In this document: in pieces, positions 22,885 to 35,509 of the stretch
Layout of the letters: every line of letters begins with the position of its first letter
How positions within the stretch are numbered: the first letter of the stretch is position 1
Origin: Octopus bimaculoides
Lineage: Eukaryota
Direction: 5' to 3'
Assembly: GCF_001194135.2 (NCBI RefSeq)
Contig: NC_068987.1
Location: 82,635,150 to 82,680,567 of the forward strand
Length of the DNA stretch: 45,418 nt
Notes under the pieces: model-generated
Told to the model about the DNA's origin: nothing
The model's database searches: none
The model's input: only the letters and a program-made list of their open reading frames with translations
Program-made: the position numbers and the translations under genes

Positions 22885-23125
22885 TAACTTTTACCTTTTA
22901 TTTGGATGAGTATTGGACTGCAGCCAAGCTGGGACACCACCTTAAAGGGTTTTAACCGAACAGAACGATTTCCGTACTGTTGTTTTATTAACGTCTAATT
23001 CTATTAGTGTCTTTTATGTAACCACCAGGTTACGGGAACGTAAACAAATCAACCTCGGTTGTCAAGTGCTTGGAGAATAAACAGAAACACATGCACACAC
23101 GCGTGCACGAACACGCATGCGCGCG

Positions 23126-23171
<46 letters not shown>

Positions 23172-23320
23172 GCGGTTTTCTTTCGATTTCCGTCTTCCAA
23201 ATCCATCCATTCAGAAGGCTTTGGTAGGCTCGGGGTTATAGTAGAAGACACTTGCTCGAGGTGAAATACTGTGAGGCTAGACTGAACGCGAAATCTTGAG
23301 ACTGGGGAGCAGTCATGCCT
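22885..23320 (-). mobile_element. SINE family 1, degraded full length with internal (CA)n
   Basis: Both halves are collinear around the microsatellite. Confidence 0.8.
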
Positions 23321-24339
23321 GAGCCATTTGTTCTTTAAAATAGAAATATATTATGGTAGATACTGGAAAGATTGGCAAGGGACATTCTGTGAATTTGTAC
23401 AAGAAAAGCGACTAAAGGTCGTAATTTGGAGAAGGCAAGACCACAACCTCTAAATGGGACAAATGACGGAAAGCAACAAGTCGTTTTAATAAAAGCACTC
23501 ATGATTCAAACTCGTGTCACAGCAAACAACTCCCAGACTTCAAGGAAATATTTCGAATGTATGAAAAATAGAGACGCTTGCTGTTTATGACTGTATCATC
23601 TAAAATGAATATGGAGCGATTGTGAAACGAAACATCCGAAATATGAGAGCTTTTGGGATTTGTGTACATCTATGATAATATACTGGTACATTTATGATGA
23701 TATGATGTACTTCTAATTGAGGTGGCGTGTCATGGATTTGTAGCTAGATTCACAGTTTGTCCCAGGTAGCTGGTGTGGAAGTTAAGAAAGACAACAGAGC
23801 ATGGATTAAGAAAGTTCAGAGAAACAGTGAATTTCACAACGTGGAAATGACACAGATATTTCAATAAACGTTTTAAGAACAGAGTAAAAAAGAAAAAAAA
23901 TATGTCTTTAGCCACTGGAAAAATGAAGTAGTTATTGCATGTTTACGCTGGTTGCTTCTGCCACTGGTTTGATTTGGATGTTTTATGGGGATGAGAGAAA
24001 GAAACATTAGGAGAAGAGCGAGTTTTGATGCGTGTCAGAATATAGACATCCACTGGTGGCAGGAATGTTGTTTGGCACTTGTTGGGAGATTTTGAATTCG
24101 ATTTCCAGACGACAAGTGATGAAGTGGGTGTCTCACGGCTCATATTATGTGTACAAGATATAAATATATGCGAGCATGTGTGTGAATGTATATGTGCGTG
24201 TGCGCGTGTGTGAGTGCATGTGTGTGTGCGTGTGAATGTATGTGTGTGTATGTGTGTGTGTGTGTGTGAATATATGCGTGTGTATGTACATGTGTGTATG
24301 TGCGTGTGTACGTTATTGTGATGTAAATGATGTGAGAGT

Positions 24340-24545
24340 GGTGAGGTAGTACAACAGTTAGAGCGTCGGACAAAACGCTTAACAGCATTTTTTCCGATTC
24401 TTTACGCTGTGAGTTCAAATGCTATCGTGGTCGAATTTGCCTTACATTCTCAGGATCGATATAATAAGTCTTAGTTGAACACTAGGATCCATGTCATCGA
24501 CATCCCCTCCCCTCAAAATATCTGGTCTTGTACCAAAATTGTAAA
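24340..24545 (+). mobile_element. SINE family 2, degraded
   Basis: GTGAGGTAGTACAACAGTTAGAGCGTCGGACAAAACGCTT...GTGAGTTCAAATGC...GGTCTTGTACCAAAATTGTAAAG. Confidence 0.75.
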
Positions 24546-25276
24546 GAATGATAATGGTGTAAATATAGTTGTGGTCGTTGCTACGGTTATTGTCATTCCA
24601 CATGTTGTTAATCATAACTCACTATGTCTATTTTATTTTATTTTATTTTATTGTTTTTATATTCTTCCTCCCTGGTGTTCAACGTTTTCACTCAGAATGG
24701 AATATGAACAATTTCTTGCCTTCAAATTTTTGGTTGGACAAAAATTAATGATCGACAACAAATTATAACTTTGAGTGACATTCATTTAGTTTTATGTATT
24801 TATTTTTTCCACCACAAATCGATAATCTGGTACTGTACACACAGCAATATTAATTTAACGTTTAAATGCGGGAGCCTGTCAGTGAATTAGACATTTCAAA
24901 TAAAATAAGAAAGAAAAGACATGTCGAAATGAAACTTGATAAATTCACTAGTCAATTAATATCTCATGGCAATTAATATTTCATGTTGTATGGCCGTTAC
25001 AGCATCTCATTTTCCGTTCTTTATTGGGTAGGAAATGTGATATTGCAACGATAATTCCGGTAAAAAGATCTTATGTCGAGGGAAACAAATTAATATTATT
25101 TAACATTTGTAAAATATTTTAACAATTCCATTTTCCAATTTCAACTTAACACAGAAATAAAATAGCAACAACAACAATTACAAGAGCTGATTAGACAGAA
25201 ACTGTGCATTAAAATGTCTTTGAATATCATATTTTTAAACTGTGTGTTGGCTGTGAAGCATTGATAGATTATAAAA

Positions 25277-25513
25277 CTGCGTTTCCCAGCCTATTTATCC
25301 ACTAGGCCCTGCTGGAACTTTCCATAAAAAGTCTATGCTCCACCGGTGACTGGAAAAAAGTATACTCGTTGTATGTTTGCTGTGAAAAAAAAAAAGATTT
25401 TCACAATTCCACATCCCACTAAAAGAAAAACAGAAAAAAATTGGATCCCATGCCCTACCACAATTTTCGCTGGCATCAACGGTGGGGCGAGTGCCCCACG
25501 TTGGGAATCATTG
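25277..25513. mobile_element. hAT-like MITE, degraded
   Basis: Termini CTGCGTTTCCCAGC and GTTGGGAATCATTG; flanks TTATAAAA/TTAAAAAG (6/8 match). Confidence 0.6.
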
Positions 25514-25756
25514 TTAAAAAGCCTCCATTGAACCGAGTCTAGTGCTTGATGGTATGATAGCTATATACACTAAAAGCTATGAGTAATATATATAGACATT
25601 CAATCTGCTAAAATAGCAGGCAAATCCCCTCTTTTTCACACTCCTAACATCTTATAAAAAGGGTTAGGGTATAACATTATCTTAATCGCTTATCTTTTAC
25701 TTGTTTCAGTGAAATGACCTTGGCAATACTGAGGCACCGGCTGCAAGGGTTCAGTC

Positions 25757-25900
25757 CAGAGGTTCTCAAATTTTAGGGGCCACCGTACCCGTTATGGTCA
25801 CATGATACCCTCAGCGCCCCACCCCTATTTTTATGTATAAATAAATATTTTATATTTTACTAATTTATATATACTTTGAATCATTTGATATTCAATATTC
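25757..25900 (+). mobile_element. hAT-like left end
   Basis: CAGAGGTTCTCAAA start similar to the 22064 element; no right end seen. Confidence 0.45.
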
Positions 25901-25999
25901 TTTCTTGCCTTTAACCCTCCAACGCGAAGTATAAGCCACTTATAATTGAATTCCATGTCGCATAATTTTTCGCTTCTGTACTTATACTCTACCATGAAT

Positions 26000-26262
26000 G
26001 TCCCTCTTTATCTAGTTCCTTTTGTGTTGATCTACGCCACGAGTTCTTAGGACTACCTTTCTTTTCGCTACATTTGGTGTGTCTTTTCTAATTGTGCTAC
26101 CAATCCACTTACACTTTTTGTTAAATAATTGCTCCCTAATCGAAACTTGATTCGTTCTTTGCCATAGCTCCATATTGCTTATGTGTTCGGGCCATCTAAT
26201 TTTAAGTATACTACGCAAGCATCTGTTGATGAATGATTGGAACTTACATACTATGTACAAGG
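26000..26262 (-). pseudogene. RTE-clade LINE ORF C-terminal fragment
   Basis: FQSFINRCLRSILKIRWPEHISNMELWQRTNQ...KWIGSTIRK, the typical post-RT segment of RTE elements. Confidence 0.88.
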
Positions 26263-26423
26263 AACCTTTTTACCACTTCTATACACCATTTTCTATACAC
26301 CAACTCCTAAATACGTAACTAAACAGTAACCAATCCTTTAAGTCATACAAAAAATATTCCCTACTGTCTTCCATAGTATAATATATATAGACATATATAT
26401 ATATATATACACACACACGCACG

Positions 26424-26454
<31 letters not shown>

Positions 26455-26477
26455 ACAGACACACACATATATATATA

Positions 26478-26885
26478 TTAACAGAATGAGATAAAAATCC
26501 AAGGCTGTGAAAGATTTCAGAACATTTATAAGCAGAAGGTCTTACAGCTGGTTCCGGGATATTTTATATATATCCCTTCATCGGAGATGGTGTGAGAAAA
26601 TGGTTATGCAATAGTTATTCTAGGGAAGATATGAACAAGAGGGTGTATGCCATTCTGCCTAAATAATGGAACTGAAGATACAATATCCCTGCATATCTCA
26701 CGTCTATTTTCATTCCTCCACTTCACTCTCTATTTCATATCTTATCTAGAATAACTATTGCTTAACCATTTTCTCACATCGTCTCCAATGAAGGGATATA
26801 TAAAATATCCCGGAAACAGCTGTAAGACCTTTTATAAATGTTCTGAAATCTTACACAGCCTTGGATTATTATCTCATTCTGTTAA
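26478..26885. mobile_element. Fold-back element: two inverted ~155-bp arms, each carrying a degenerate hammerhead (family F)
   Basis: Arms 26478-26635 and 26734-26885 are reverse complements. Hammerhead motifs at 26539-26588 (-) and 26781-26828 (+). Confidence 0.85.
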
Positions 26886-27218
26886 TTTTTTTTATATATA
26901 CGCATGCTAATATATGACCTACGTTGGACTCCTCATTCGCATAATCACCAAACCTGGAGCTTAACTATGGTCTATCCATAGCACTTACTCAGCATTACCT
27001 GACACCTTTGGGTCTTCTTGACACCATTACTTCTCATAACCTCAATATATATGNNNNNNNNNNNNNNNNNNNNNNNNNNNNNNNNNNNNNNNNNNNNNNN
27101 NNNNNNNNNNNNNNNNNNNNNNNNNNNNNNNNNNNNNNNNNNNNNNNNNNNNNNNNNNNNNNNNNNNNNNNNNNNNNNNNNNNNNNNNNNNNNNNTGGAA
27201 ATATATTTTATGGATAGA

Positions 27219-27267
27219 GTCTTACAGCTGTTTCTGGGAAGATCCAGTACTTCCCTTAATCTGAGAC
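27219..27267 (-). ncRNA. Degenerate hammerhead motif (family F-related)
   Basis: GTCT CAGATTA A GGGAAG tactggat CTTCCC A GAAAC AGCT GTA AGAC. Confidence 0.55.
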
Positions 27268-27458
27268 AGAAATAGTAAAGGAATCGATTATTATATCCCT
27301 AGGCGGAGAGTTTTAGTATGAAGTGATAGTGAGTGTGATGAGCTGAAAAAAGAAAGAAAGAGAGAACAGTACTTGGAGTGTAGTTTCATTCCAGTAGTAA
27401 GTATCCGTGTAAAGTAATCCTTGTGGAAATAATCTGGAAATAGTTGCTGCAGCAAAGG

Positions 27459-27532
27459 CTGAGATAGCAGAGGTGAATATATGCAAAATACCTCGGACAC
27501 AATATGGCATATATTCACCTCTGCTATCTCAG
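27459..27532. repeat. Perfect 26-bp inverted repeat with 22-nt loop
   Basis: CTGAGATAGCAGAGGTGAATATATGC (27459-27484) and its exact reverse complement (27507-27532). Confidence 0.95.
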
Positions 27533-27632
27533 AAAACTATTTTGTAGTTTCTGCTCAGAGCTGCTGATATACATATAATGATGTTCGGTTTAACAAGAGA
27601 AAGAGGAAAGAGTATTCAGTACATGGAGAGTA

Positions 27633-27690
<58 letters not shown>

Positions 27691-28483
27691 NNNNNNNNNN
27701 NNNNNNNNNNNNNNNNNNNNNNNNNNNNNNNNNNNNNNNNNNNNNNNNNNNNNNNNNNNNNNNNNNNNNNNNNNNNNNNNNNNNNNNNNNNNNNNNNNNN
27801 NNNNNNNNNNNNNNNNNNNNNNNNNNNNNNNNNNNNNNNNNNNNNNNNNNNNNNNNNNNNNNNNNNNNNNNNNNNNNNNNNNNNNNNNNNNNNNNNNNNN
27901 NNNNNNNNNNNNNNNNNNNNNNNNNNNNNNNNNNNNNNNNNNNNNNNNNNNNNNNNNNNNNNNNNNNNNNNNNNNNNNNNNNNNNNNNNNNNNNNNNNNN
28001 NNNNNNNNNNNNNNNNNNNNNNNNNNNNNNNNNNNNNNNNNNNNNNNNNNNNNNNNNNNNNNNNNNNNNNNNNNNNNNNNNNNNNNNNNNNNNNNNNNNN
28101 NNNNNNNNNNNNNNNNNNNNNNNNNNNNNNNNNNNNNNNNNNNNNNNNNNNNNNNNNNNNNNNNNNNNNNNNNNNNNNNNNNNNNNNNNNNNNNNNNNNN
28201 NNNNNNNNNNNNNNNNNNNNNNNNNNNNNNNNNNNNNNNNNNNNNNNNNNNNNNNNNNNNNNNNNNNNNNNNNNNNNNNNNNNNNNNNNNNNNNNNNNNN
28301 NNNNNNNNNNNNNNNNNNNNNNNNNNNNNNNNNNNNNNNNNNNNNNNNNNNNNNNNNNNNNNNNNNNNNNNNNNNNNNNNNNNNNNNNNNNNNNNNNNNN
28401 NNNNNNNNNNNNNNNNNNNNNNNNNNNNNNNNNNNNNNNNNNNNNNNNNNNNNNNNNNNNNNNNNNNNNNNNNNNNNNNNNNN

Positions 28484-28559
<76 letters not shown>

Positions 28560-28807
28560 ATGGACAACAGTGTACTTAATTCTGATAGAGTCTACATTTA
28601 CGCTAAATCGATTCCGAGAATAAAAGAAGCTGCCATGAAGATTGTTGCATGAATATGACGTCCTAGTTTGTTTCGGGTCGATATTAATCAATAATTAATC
28701 AAAGGCCTTTATATACACAGTAATTGAATTAAACCAAAATATCGAAGGAATAGAACAGATGACAGAATAAGTAACGGATGAAAAATATAGATAGGACCTG
28801 TAACAGG

Positions 28808-28995
28808 ATGAAGGCAGCGAGCAGGGCAGAAACGTTCACAAGTCGGACAAAATGCTTATACGCATTACTTTCGGTTCCCCACGCTCTGAGTTCACATCCT
28901 ACGGAGGTCAAATAACCTTTTCATCACTTTGGAGTCGACGAAATAAACTACTACTTAAGTACTGTCCCCTCCCCTCAAAATGGCTGGCTTTAAAC
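28808..28995 (+). mobile_element. SINE family 2, degraded
   Basis: GGCAGAAACGTTCACAAGTCGGACAAAATGCTT...CTGAGTTCACATCC...GGAGTCGACGAAATAAA. Confidence 0.72.
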
Positions 28996-29235
28996 CCTGA
29001 ACGGACTGGTACCCCTTCAGGGGAATGATGTTACCTCGGCCGCTTACATGTCTTGGGAACTGGATAACCAGCCTGATGAGTCCTGAGGCTCGGGAAAAAT
29101 TAATGAATTAATATAATATGAGGAAGAATTTGTATGGTAGAGAACTGACCTTACTGGGGCGGAGATCAACTGCCATGCTAAATTTCTTTGAAGACCCTGA
29201 AAAATACACAGTGGTATAAAGCGGTAGTGTGGCAG

Positions 29236-29252
29236 AATAGACAGACAAACAG

Positions 29253-29324
<72 letters not shown>

Positions 29325-29325
29325 C
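29236..29325. repeat. (GACA)/(GATA)n microsatellite
   Basis: Direct reading. Confidence 0.95.
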
Positions 29326-29334
29326 CGTCCAACA

Positions 29335-29500
29335 TGGCTGCAACTCAGTTTCGAGAAATGCTATCTCTTGATTATTTTCTGAAACATAACCTGCACGAAT
29401 ATCGCTTTTCAGTCCTGCTAGGGACTTGCACAGTTTTTGGTACAGATGTGGCAAAGAAGCACCACGTGTTCTACAGCTGATTGCAAAGAACTCTGTTTCC
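29335..29500 (-). pseudogene. LINE (RTE-like) 3' end with decayed C2H2-like finger
   Basis: PHLYQKLCKSLAGLKSDIR; homologous to 38800-39090 and 43258-43420. Confidence 0.6.
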
Positions 29501-30441
29501 ATAGTAACCAATGATGCTGCTCATGCGCACAAGGAGTGTAACCACTATTTGTTCTATAATTGTTTGTTTTCATAACAGATGAGATTNNNNNNNNNNNNNN
29601 NNNNNNNNNNNNNNNNNNNNNNNNNNNNNNNNNNNNNNNNNNNNNNNNNNNNNNNNNNNNNNNNNNNNNNNNNNNNNNNNNNNNNNNNNNNNNNNNNNNN
29701 NNNNNNNNNNNNNNNNNNNNNNNNNNNNNNNNNNNNNNNNNNNNNNNNNNNNNNNNNNNNNNNNNNNNNNNNNNNNNNNNNNNNNNNNNNNNNNNNNNNN
29801 NNNNNNNNNNNNNNNNNNNNNNNNNNNNNNNNNNNNNNNNNNNNNNNNNNNNNNNNNNNNNNNNNNNNNNNNNNNNNNNNNNNNNNNNNNNNNNNNNNNN
29901 NNNNNNNNNNNNNNNNNNNNNNNNNNNNNNNNNNNNNNNNNNNNNNNNNNNNNNNNNNNNNNNNNNNNNNNNNNNNNNNNNNNNNNNNNNNNNNNNNNNN
30001 NNNNNNNNNNNNNNNNNNNNNNNNNNNNNNNNNNNNNNNNNNNNNNNNNNNNNNNNNNNNNNNNNNNNNNNNNNNNNNNNNNNNNNNNNNNNNNNNNNNN
30101 NNNNNNNNNNNNNNNNNNNNNNNNNNNNNNNNNNNNNNNNNNNNNNNNNNNNNNNNNNNNNNNNNNNNNNNNNNNNNNNNNNNNNNNNNNNNNNNNNNNN
30201 NNNNNNNNNNNNNNNNNNNNNNNNNNNNNNNNNNNNNNNNNNNNNNNNNNNNNNNNNNNNNNNNNNNNNNNNNNNNNNNNNNNNNNNNNNNNNNNNNNNN
30301 NNNNNNNNNNNNNNNNNNNNNNNNNNNNNNNNNNNNNNNNNNNNNNNNNNNNNNNNNNNNNNNNNNNNNNNNNNNNNNNNNNNNNNNNNNNNNNNNNNNN
30401 NNNNNNNNNNNNNNNNNNNNNNNNNNNNNNNNNNNNNNNNN

Positions 30442-30493
<52 letters not shown>

Positions 30494-30939
30494 ATGTGTG
30501 CGTGTGTGTGTGCTTGCTAGTGTCTGTTTCTCCTTTCGTTTTTGTTAACTTATACGCAATGAGCCAATGAAGTACTCTCTTTGTGGTTGTCCAATTTGCT
30601 AGAAATAACAGCCAAATTTCCCTTATACTATGCTTTTGTTAATTTTATCGTTGTTTGCAAACAATAGTGACGTTGTTTACAAGTTTACAACGACACTATT
30701 CAAGACACAGATGTAGTGAGTGACAAGAAGGCATCTATACAATTCGGGCGGAACAAATATCAAAAGGGACTTCGAACACATTAGTTTATCAGTTATATCG
30801 TTGAAGTGTGCTTTTTCTGTCTATTCACGTTGCCCATGTGCACATCTTCACAAGCAGGTACCCATACATTTAAGGAAGCGCGCGCACACACGCACATTAA
30901 TATAAGCAAACTCCCACGTATGTACGATGGACTTCTGCA

Positions 30940-31090
30940 GAGTTTTCTCATGAAGAATTTCATTCATTCACAAAAGCACTGGTTAAATTAGGACTATGGT
31001 AGACGATTCCTAAATTGATGCGCAATGAAATTGAACCCCGAATGACGTGTCCACGAAACGAACTCATTTACCGCACAACCAAGCCTATAC
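30940..31090 (-). mobile_element. SINE family 1 head, strongly degraded
   Basis: CGATGGACTTCTGCAG...ATTCATTCACAAAAGC...ATTGAACCC...TTTACCGCACAACC is collinear with the family 1 5' half. Confidence 0.6.
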
Positions 31091-31161
31091 CTACGACTTG
31101 AGCAACTTTTAAATTGATACAAATTATAACAAATGTTATATGATATTTCTGTAAATATATA

Positions 31162-32049
31162 CGAGATCTGAGCAATAAGTATCCGGACTGTTGCCATAGT
31201 AACAAAGCTAAAGCACGCAGAATAAAGTCGTTTGACAACGATTGACCTTGAAATCTTCTGTGCATGCGTACTAAGTTTTAGCGTTCTAGCTAACTTCCGC
31301 TGTTTACAGCAGTGCTTGGAAGGAAAGTATGTAGCGTGTGATCGTCGCATTGACCATTACAGAGAAAGTTGTCATGGTGATACTTGCTCAAAGGCCTATT
31401 CAAAGTTGCAGGCAGTGTATGGAGTGGAGTGTATGAGCCGTACACATGTTTACGAATGGTTCAGACGTTTTCAAGATGGCCGAAAAAAATGTCGATAGTG
31501 ACGAACGTCCTGGGAGATCCGCAACCAGTAGAACTGAGAAAAACAGCAGATGTGGTGTAGCTGTGAGTGGAAATCGTGAAATCACTATCCGTGGGTTTTC
31601 AGAGGATGTGCAGATTAATTACGGTTCAGTTCAGTCCATTATCCCTGAAGATTTGGGTATGAGACGTGTGCCTGCCAAGTTTGTGCCAAAACTGCTTTCA
31701 GCTGACCAAAAAGATACTCGGGTTTCAGTTGCACAAGATCTTGATTGTGTCAAAAATGATGCAAACTTTTTAAAAACTTTGCATGGGCCTCTGAGCAGGT
31801 ATCACGAGGATTTTGTCAAAATTTGATGCAGATTCTCTGCTCAACTTTCTGTCATTGTCAATGCGACGATCACACGCTACACACTTTCCTTCCAAGCTCT
31901 GCTGTAAACAGCGGAAGTGATTTCGAACGTTAAAATTTAGTGCACATGCACAACAGAGTTCAAGGTCAATCTGTGTGAAGCGGCTTTACTCTGCATGCCT
32001 TAGCTTCATTACTATGGCAACAGTCCGGATGTTTATTGATCAGATCACG
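31162..32049 (+). mobile_element. Mariner-derived fold-back element (two 5' ends) with N-terminal transposase remnant
   Basis: Arms 31162-~31410 and 31775-32049 are inverted. The interior encodes VYEWFRRFQDGR, DSDERPGRS and MRRVPAKFVPKLL; the right arm encodes EQRICIKF. Confidence 0.9.
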
Positions 32050-32061
32050 GATGTATAATAC

Positions 32062-32467
32062 GGTGCAGGCACAGCTGTGTGATTAAGAAACTCGCTTTGC
32101 AAACCACAGAGTTTCGAGTTCAGTCCTATTGCTGGATCCTTGGGCGATTGTCTTTTACTATATATCCGGGCTGACCAATGCCTTTGGTGTGCATTTGGTA
32201 GACAGAAGCTGTGTGGAAGCCCATCGCACATGAATATATGGAACTGAATGTGTACGTATTTGTCCTCCCTTAACCACTGCTTGCAACCGATGTTGTTCTG
32301 TCCATGTTCCCGTAACTTAGCGATTCGGCAAAAGAGAACGACAGAATAAATACCAGACTTTAAAAAAATCAATACTGGGATCGATTTGTTCGACTAAAAC
32401 TCGTTCGAGTTAGTGCTCCAACATGGGCGCAACTCAATGTCTGAAACAAATAAAAATTAAAGATAAG
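32062..32467 (+). mobile_element. SINE family 1, full length, degraded
   Basis: Head, body, short microsatellite and 3' half are collinear. Confidence 0.85.
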
Positions 32468-33733
32468 GCAGAGAAGTGTGAAAGCCATTCCGACAATGTT
32501 TGTACCATTAAACGGTCGATACGTCAGTCGACATTTCTAATCCGGACGAAGGCAGTTTTGTATTCTTATAGTTTCGTATTAATATAGTCAATAACTGTAG
32601 TACATAGTGAGTCAGATTTCATTAAATATTATTTCCTCTCTTGGAGAACTGTCCATACAGCTCGTGAGCTTGTGTAAAGAAACGGCCATTTATACAGTTA
32701 CTGTCTTGGAATGAATATGAAACGACAAACAATGGAAGTATATAACTATAATAACAGCCGAAGATTAAATCTAGCTAATACGAGAAATTTATTATCTGCT
32801 ACAAAGAGAATTTATAATGAAATTCTTAGAAAGTCAATTAAATGTACATCTTCAGAAATTTTAAGTAATTGCATACAAGTACATTTCGAGAAAAACCTTT
32901 TGAAATTCTTTACTAATAAGAAGCGGTTATGAAAGACCTTATTTCAAGTATTCTATGCTGAGATAAAATTAAACATTTTAAATTTTCAGCAAATATAATA
33001 AACTTGGTGAGAACGAATAGAGAATTGACAGCATACAAGACACACAAGCTTGAATATGTCTTTTAATAAGTCTTCAAACTTTTCCAATGACAGCTTGAAT
33101 TTAGTTTTATTCAAATGAAAATATTATTGTCTACATAGACTAACAATGGAAATCTCTACACGCCAAGTCATGTGACCTAATTTTTCATTTTTCTGTTTTT
33201 TACCAAGATGATTTTGGAAGCATATTATTCTTTGATTAATCAAGTTTTGCCATTCAAAGGATACTTTGATAATAATAATAATAATAATAATAATAANNNN
33301 NNNNNNNNNNNNNNNNNNNNNNNNNNNNNNNNNNNNNNNNNNNNNNNNNNNNNNNNNNNNNNNNNNNNNNNNNNNNNNNNNNNNNNNNNNNNNNNNNNNN
33401 NNNNNNNNNNNNNNNNNNNNNNNNNNNNNNNNNNNNNNNNNNNNNNNNNNNNNNNNNNNNNNNNNNNNNNNNNNNNNNNNNNNNNNNNNNNNNNNNNNNN
33501 NNNNNNNNNNNNNNNNNNNNNNNNNNNNNNNNNNNNNNNNNNNNNNNNNNNNNNNNNNNNNNNNNNNNNNNNNNNNNNNNNNNNNNNNNNNNNNNNNNNN
33601 NNNNNNNNNNNNNNNNNNNNNNNNNNNNNNNNNNNNNNNNNNNNNNNNNNNNNNNNNNNNNNNNNNNNNNNNNNNNNNNNNNNNNNNNNNNNNNNNNNNN
33701 NNNNNNNNNNNNNNNNNNNNNNNNNNNNNNNNN

Positions 33734-33976
33734 CACCACCACCACCACCATCACTACCACCACAGCCACCACCACCACCACCACCACCACCATCACTATC
33801 ACTATCACTACCACCACAGCCACCACCATTGCTGCTGCCGCTGCCACTGCCTATACAATTACTACTACAATTATTACTACTACTACTACTACTACTATTA
33901 CTACTAATACAACAACTACTACTACAACTACTACTACTACTACTACAACAACTACTACAACAACAACTACTACTAT

Positions 33977-34038
<62 letters not shown>

Positions 34039-34040
34039 TT
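33734..34040. repeat. Compound trinucleotide tract (CAC)n>(CTA/CAA)n
   Basis: Direct reading; explains the poly-P/L/H/Y ORFs. Confidence 0.95.
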
Positions 34041-34239
34041 GATTTCATATTGCTGCGAGTTTCAAGTACGTTCTGACGACGGTGATAAGCGTTGTTTGTA
34101 ATTTCGGTATTCTCGCGAGATATAAATCTGAAAATTAATACATTAAATAAAAAAAAAAGAAAAGAAAAAAAGAAAAGAACAGCTAATGCATGCAGTTTAA
34201 AGATTATTCTTCCGGAAAGACAATAACACAATGATAATC

Positions 34240-34690
34240 CTTTTTACTATTAGCACAAGGCCAGAAATTTAGCGGGAGAGGACTAGACGATTGCATCGAC
34301 ACCAGTGTTTCACTGGTACTTAATTTATCGACCCCGAAAGGAAGAAAGGCAAAGATGATCTCGGTGGAATTTGAACTCAACACGTAAAGACGAACGAAAT
34401 GCCGCTAAGCATGTTGCTCGGCGTGCTAACGATTCTGTCTACTCGCCGCATTGATAATAATAATAATAATAATAATAGTCCTTTCTACTATAGGCACAAA
34501 TCCTGAAATTTGGGTGGGGGTGACTAATCAATTACATCGACCCAAGTGGTTCATTGGTACTTAATTTATCGACCCCGAAACGATGAAAAGCAGAGTTGAC
34601 CTCTGCGGAATTTGAACTCACAACGTAGCAGCAAACGAAATGCCGTTAAGCATTTCGCCCGGTGCGCTAACGATTCTGCCAGTTCACGGC
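34240..34690 (-). mobile_element. Two tandem SINE family 2 copies (about 34240-34452 and 34478-34690) separated by (AAT)n
   Basis: Both contain ACTTAATTTATCGACCCCGAAA..GA.....GGAATTTGAACTCA. Confidence 0.88.
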
Positions 34691-34694
34691 TTCT

Positions 34695-35215
34695 GATATT
34701 AACTGATTGGAAGTGTTATCATGTACATTGTTTTGTCTTGGTATAAAAGATGGGCTACCACAAATATTTTGCTCAATACCACAGATTTACTTGTCAGTTG
34801 TTTGACCTTAACCAGTTGAGCATGTCCCCTAGTGGCTGACAATATGTGCATCTCTGATCACAAGCAGAAGTAGTGGGGGAGCATCATAGCCATGTGTTGA
34901 GTGGAATTCTTTGGGGTTTGGATAATTCACCTTCGGAAACATGGGTGTTTCGTTCAACATCTTCAACCAACCCTAATTCAGGGAGCTTCTAAGCGGGATG
35001 GGCTACTCGACCTGAAGAAAATTATAACTGGGCCCCACCTGCGAGGTCATGTGCTGTTTATCTTGATATGAGATCACCATGTTGTGCACATATGGTGGTG
35101 ATTCATGTGCCTGGTGTACCCTTAGATGGGTAGTCATGATGGGTATATTGGGCTTCGTATATTTTACGTCAGTGTCACTTTGATGGCATGCATTGCTCTC
35201 TCACTCAATGATAAT
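34695..35215. repeat. ~520-bp interspersed repeat, class unknown
   Basis: Recognised from memory as an abundant octopus repeat. Single copy here, so it cannot be verified within the window. Confidence 0.4.
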
Positions 35216-35227
35216 AATAATTCTTTC

Positions 35228-35430
35228 TTCTTTTCGCTTTTTTTATTTGTTTCAGTCATTTGACTGCAGCCCTGCTGGAGCACCACTTTTAGACGAACAA
35301 ATCGCCCCCAGGACTTATTCTTTATAAGCCTAGTACTTATTCTAACGGTGTTTTTTACCGAACCGCTATGTTACGGGGACGTAAACACACTAACATCGCT
35401 TGTCAAGCAATGCTGAGAAGGGAAACACAG

Positions 35431-35509
<79 letters not shown>

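Noticed and set aside
29073-29100. CTGATGAGTCCTGAGG resembling the textbook hammerhead stem II
   Set aside because: Not followed directly by GAAA and has no complementary stem I.
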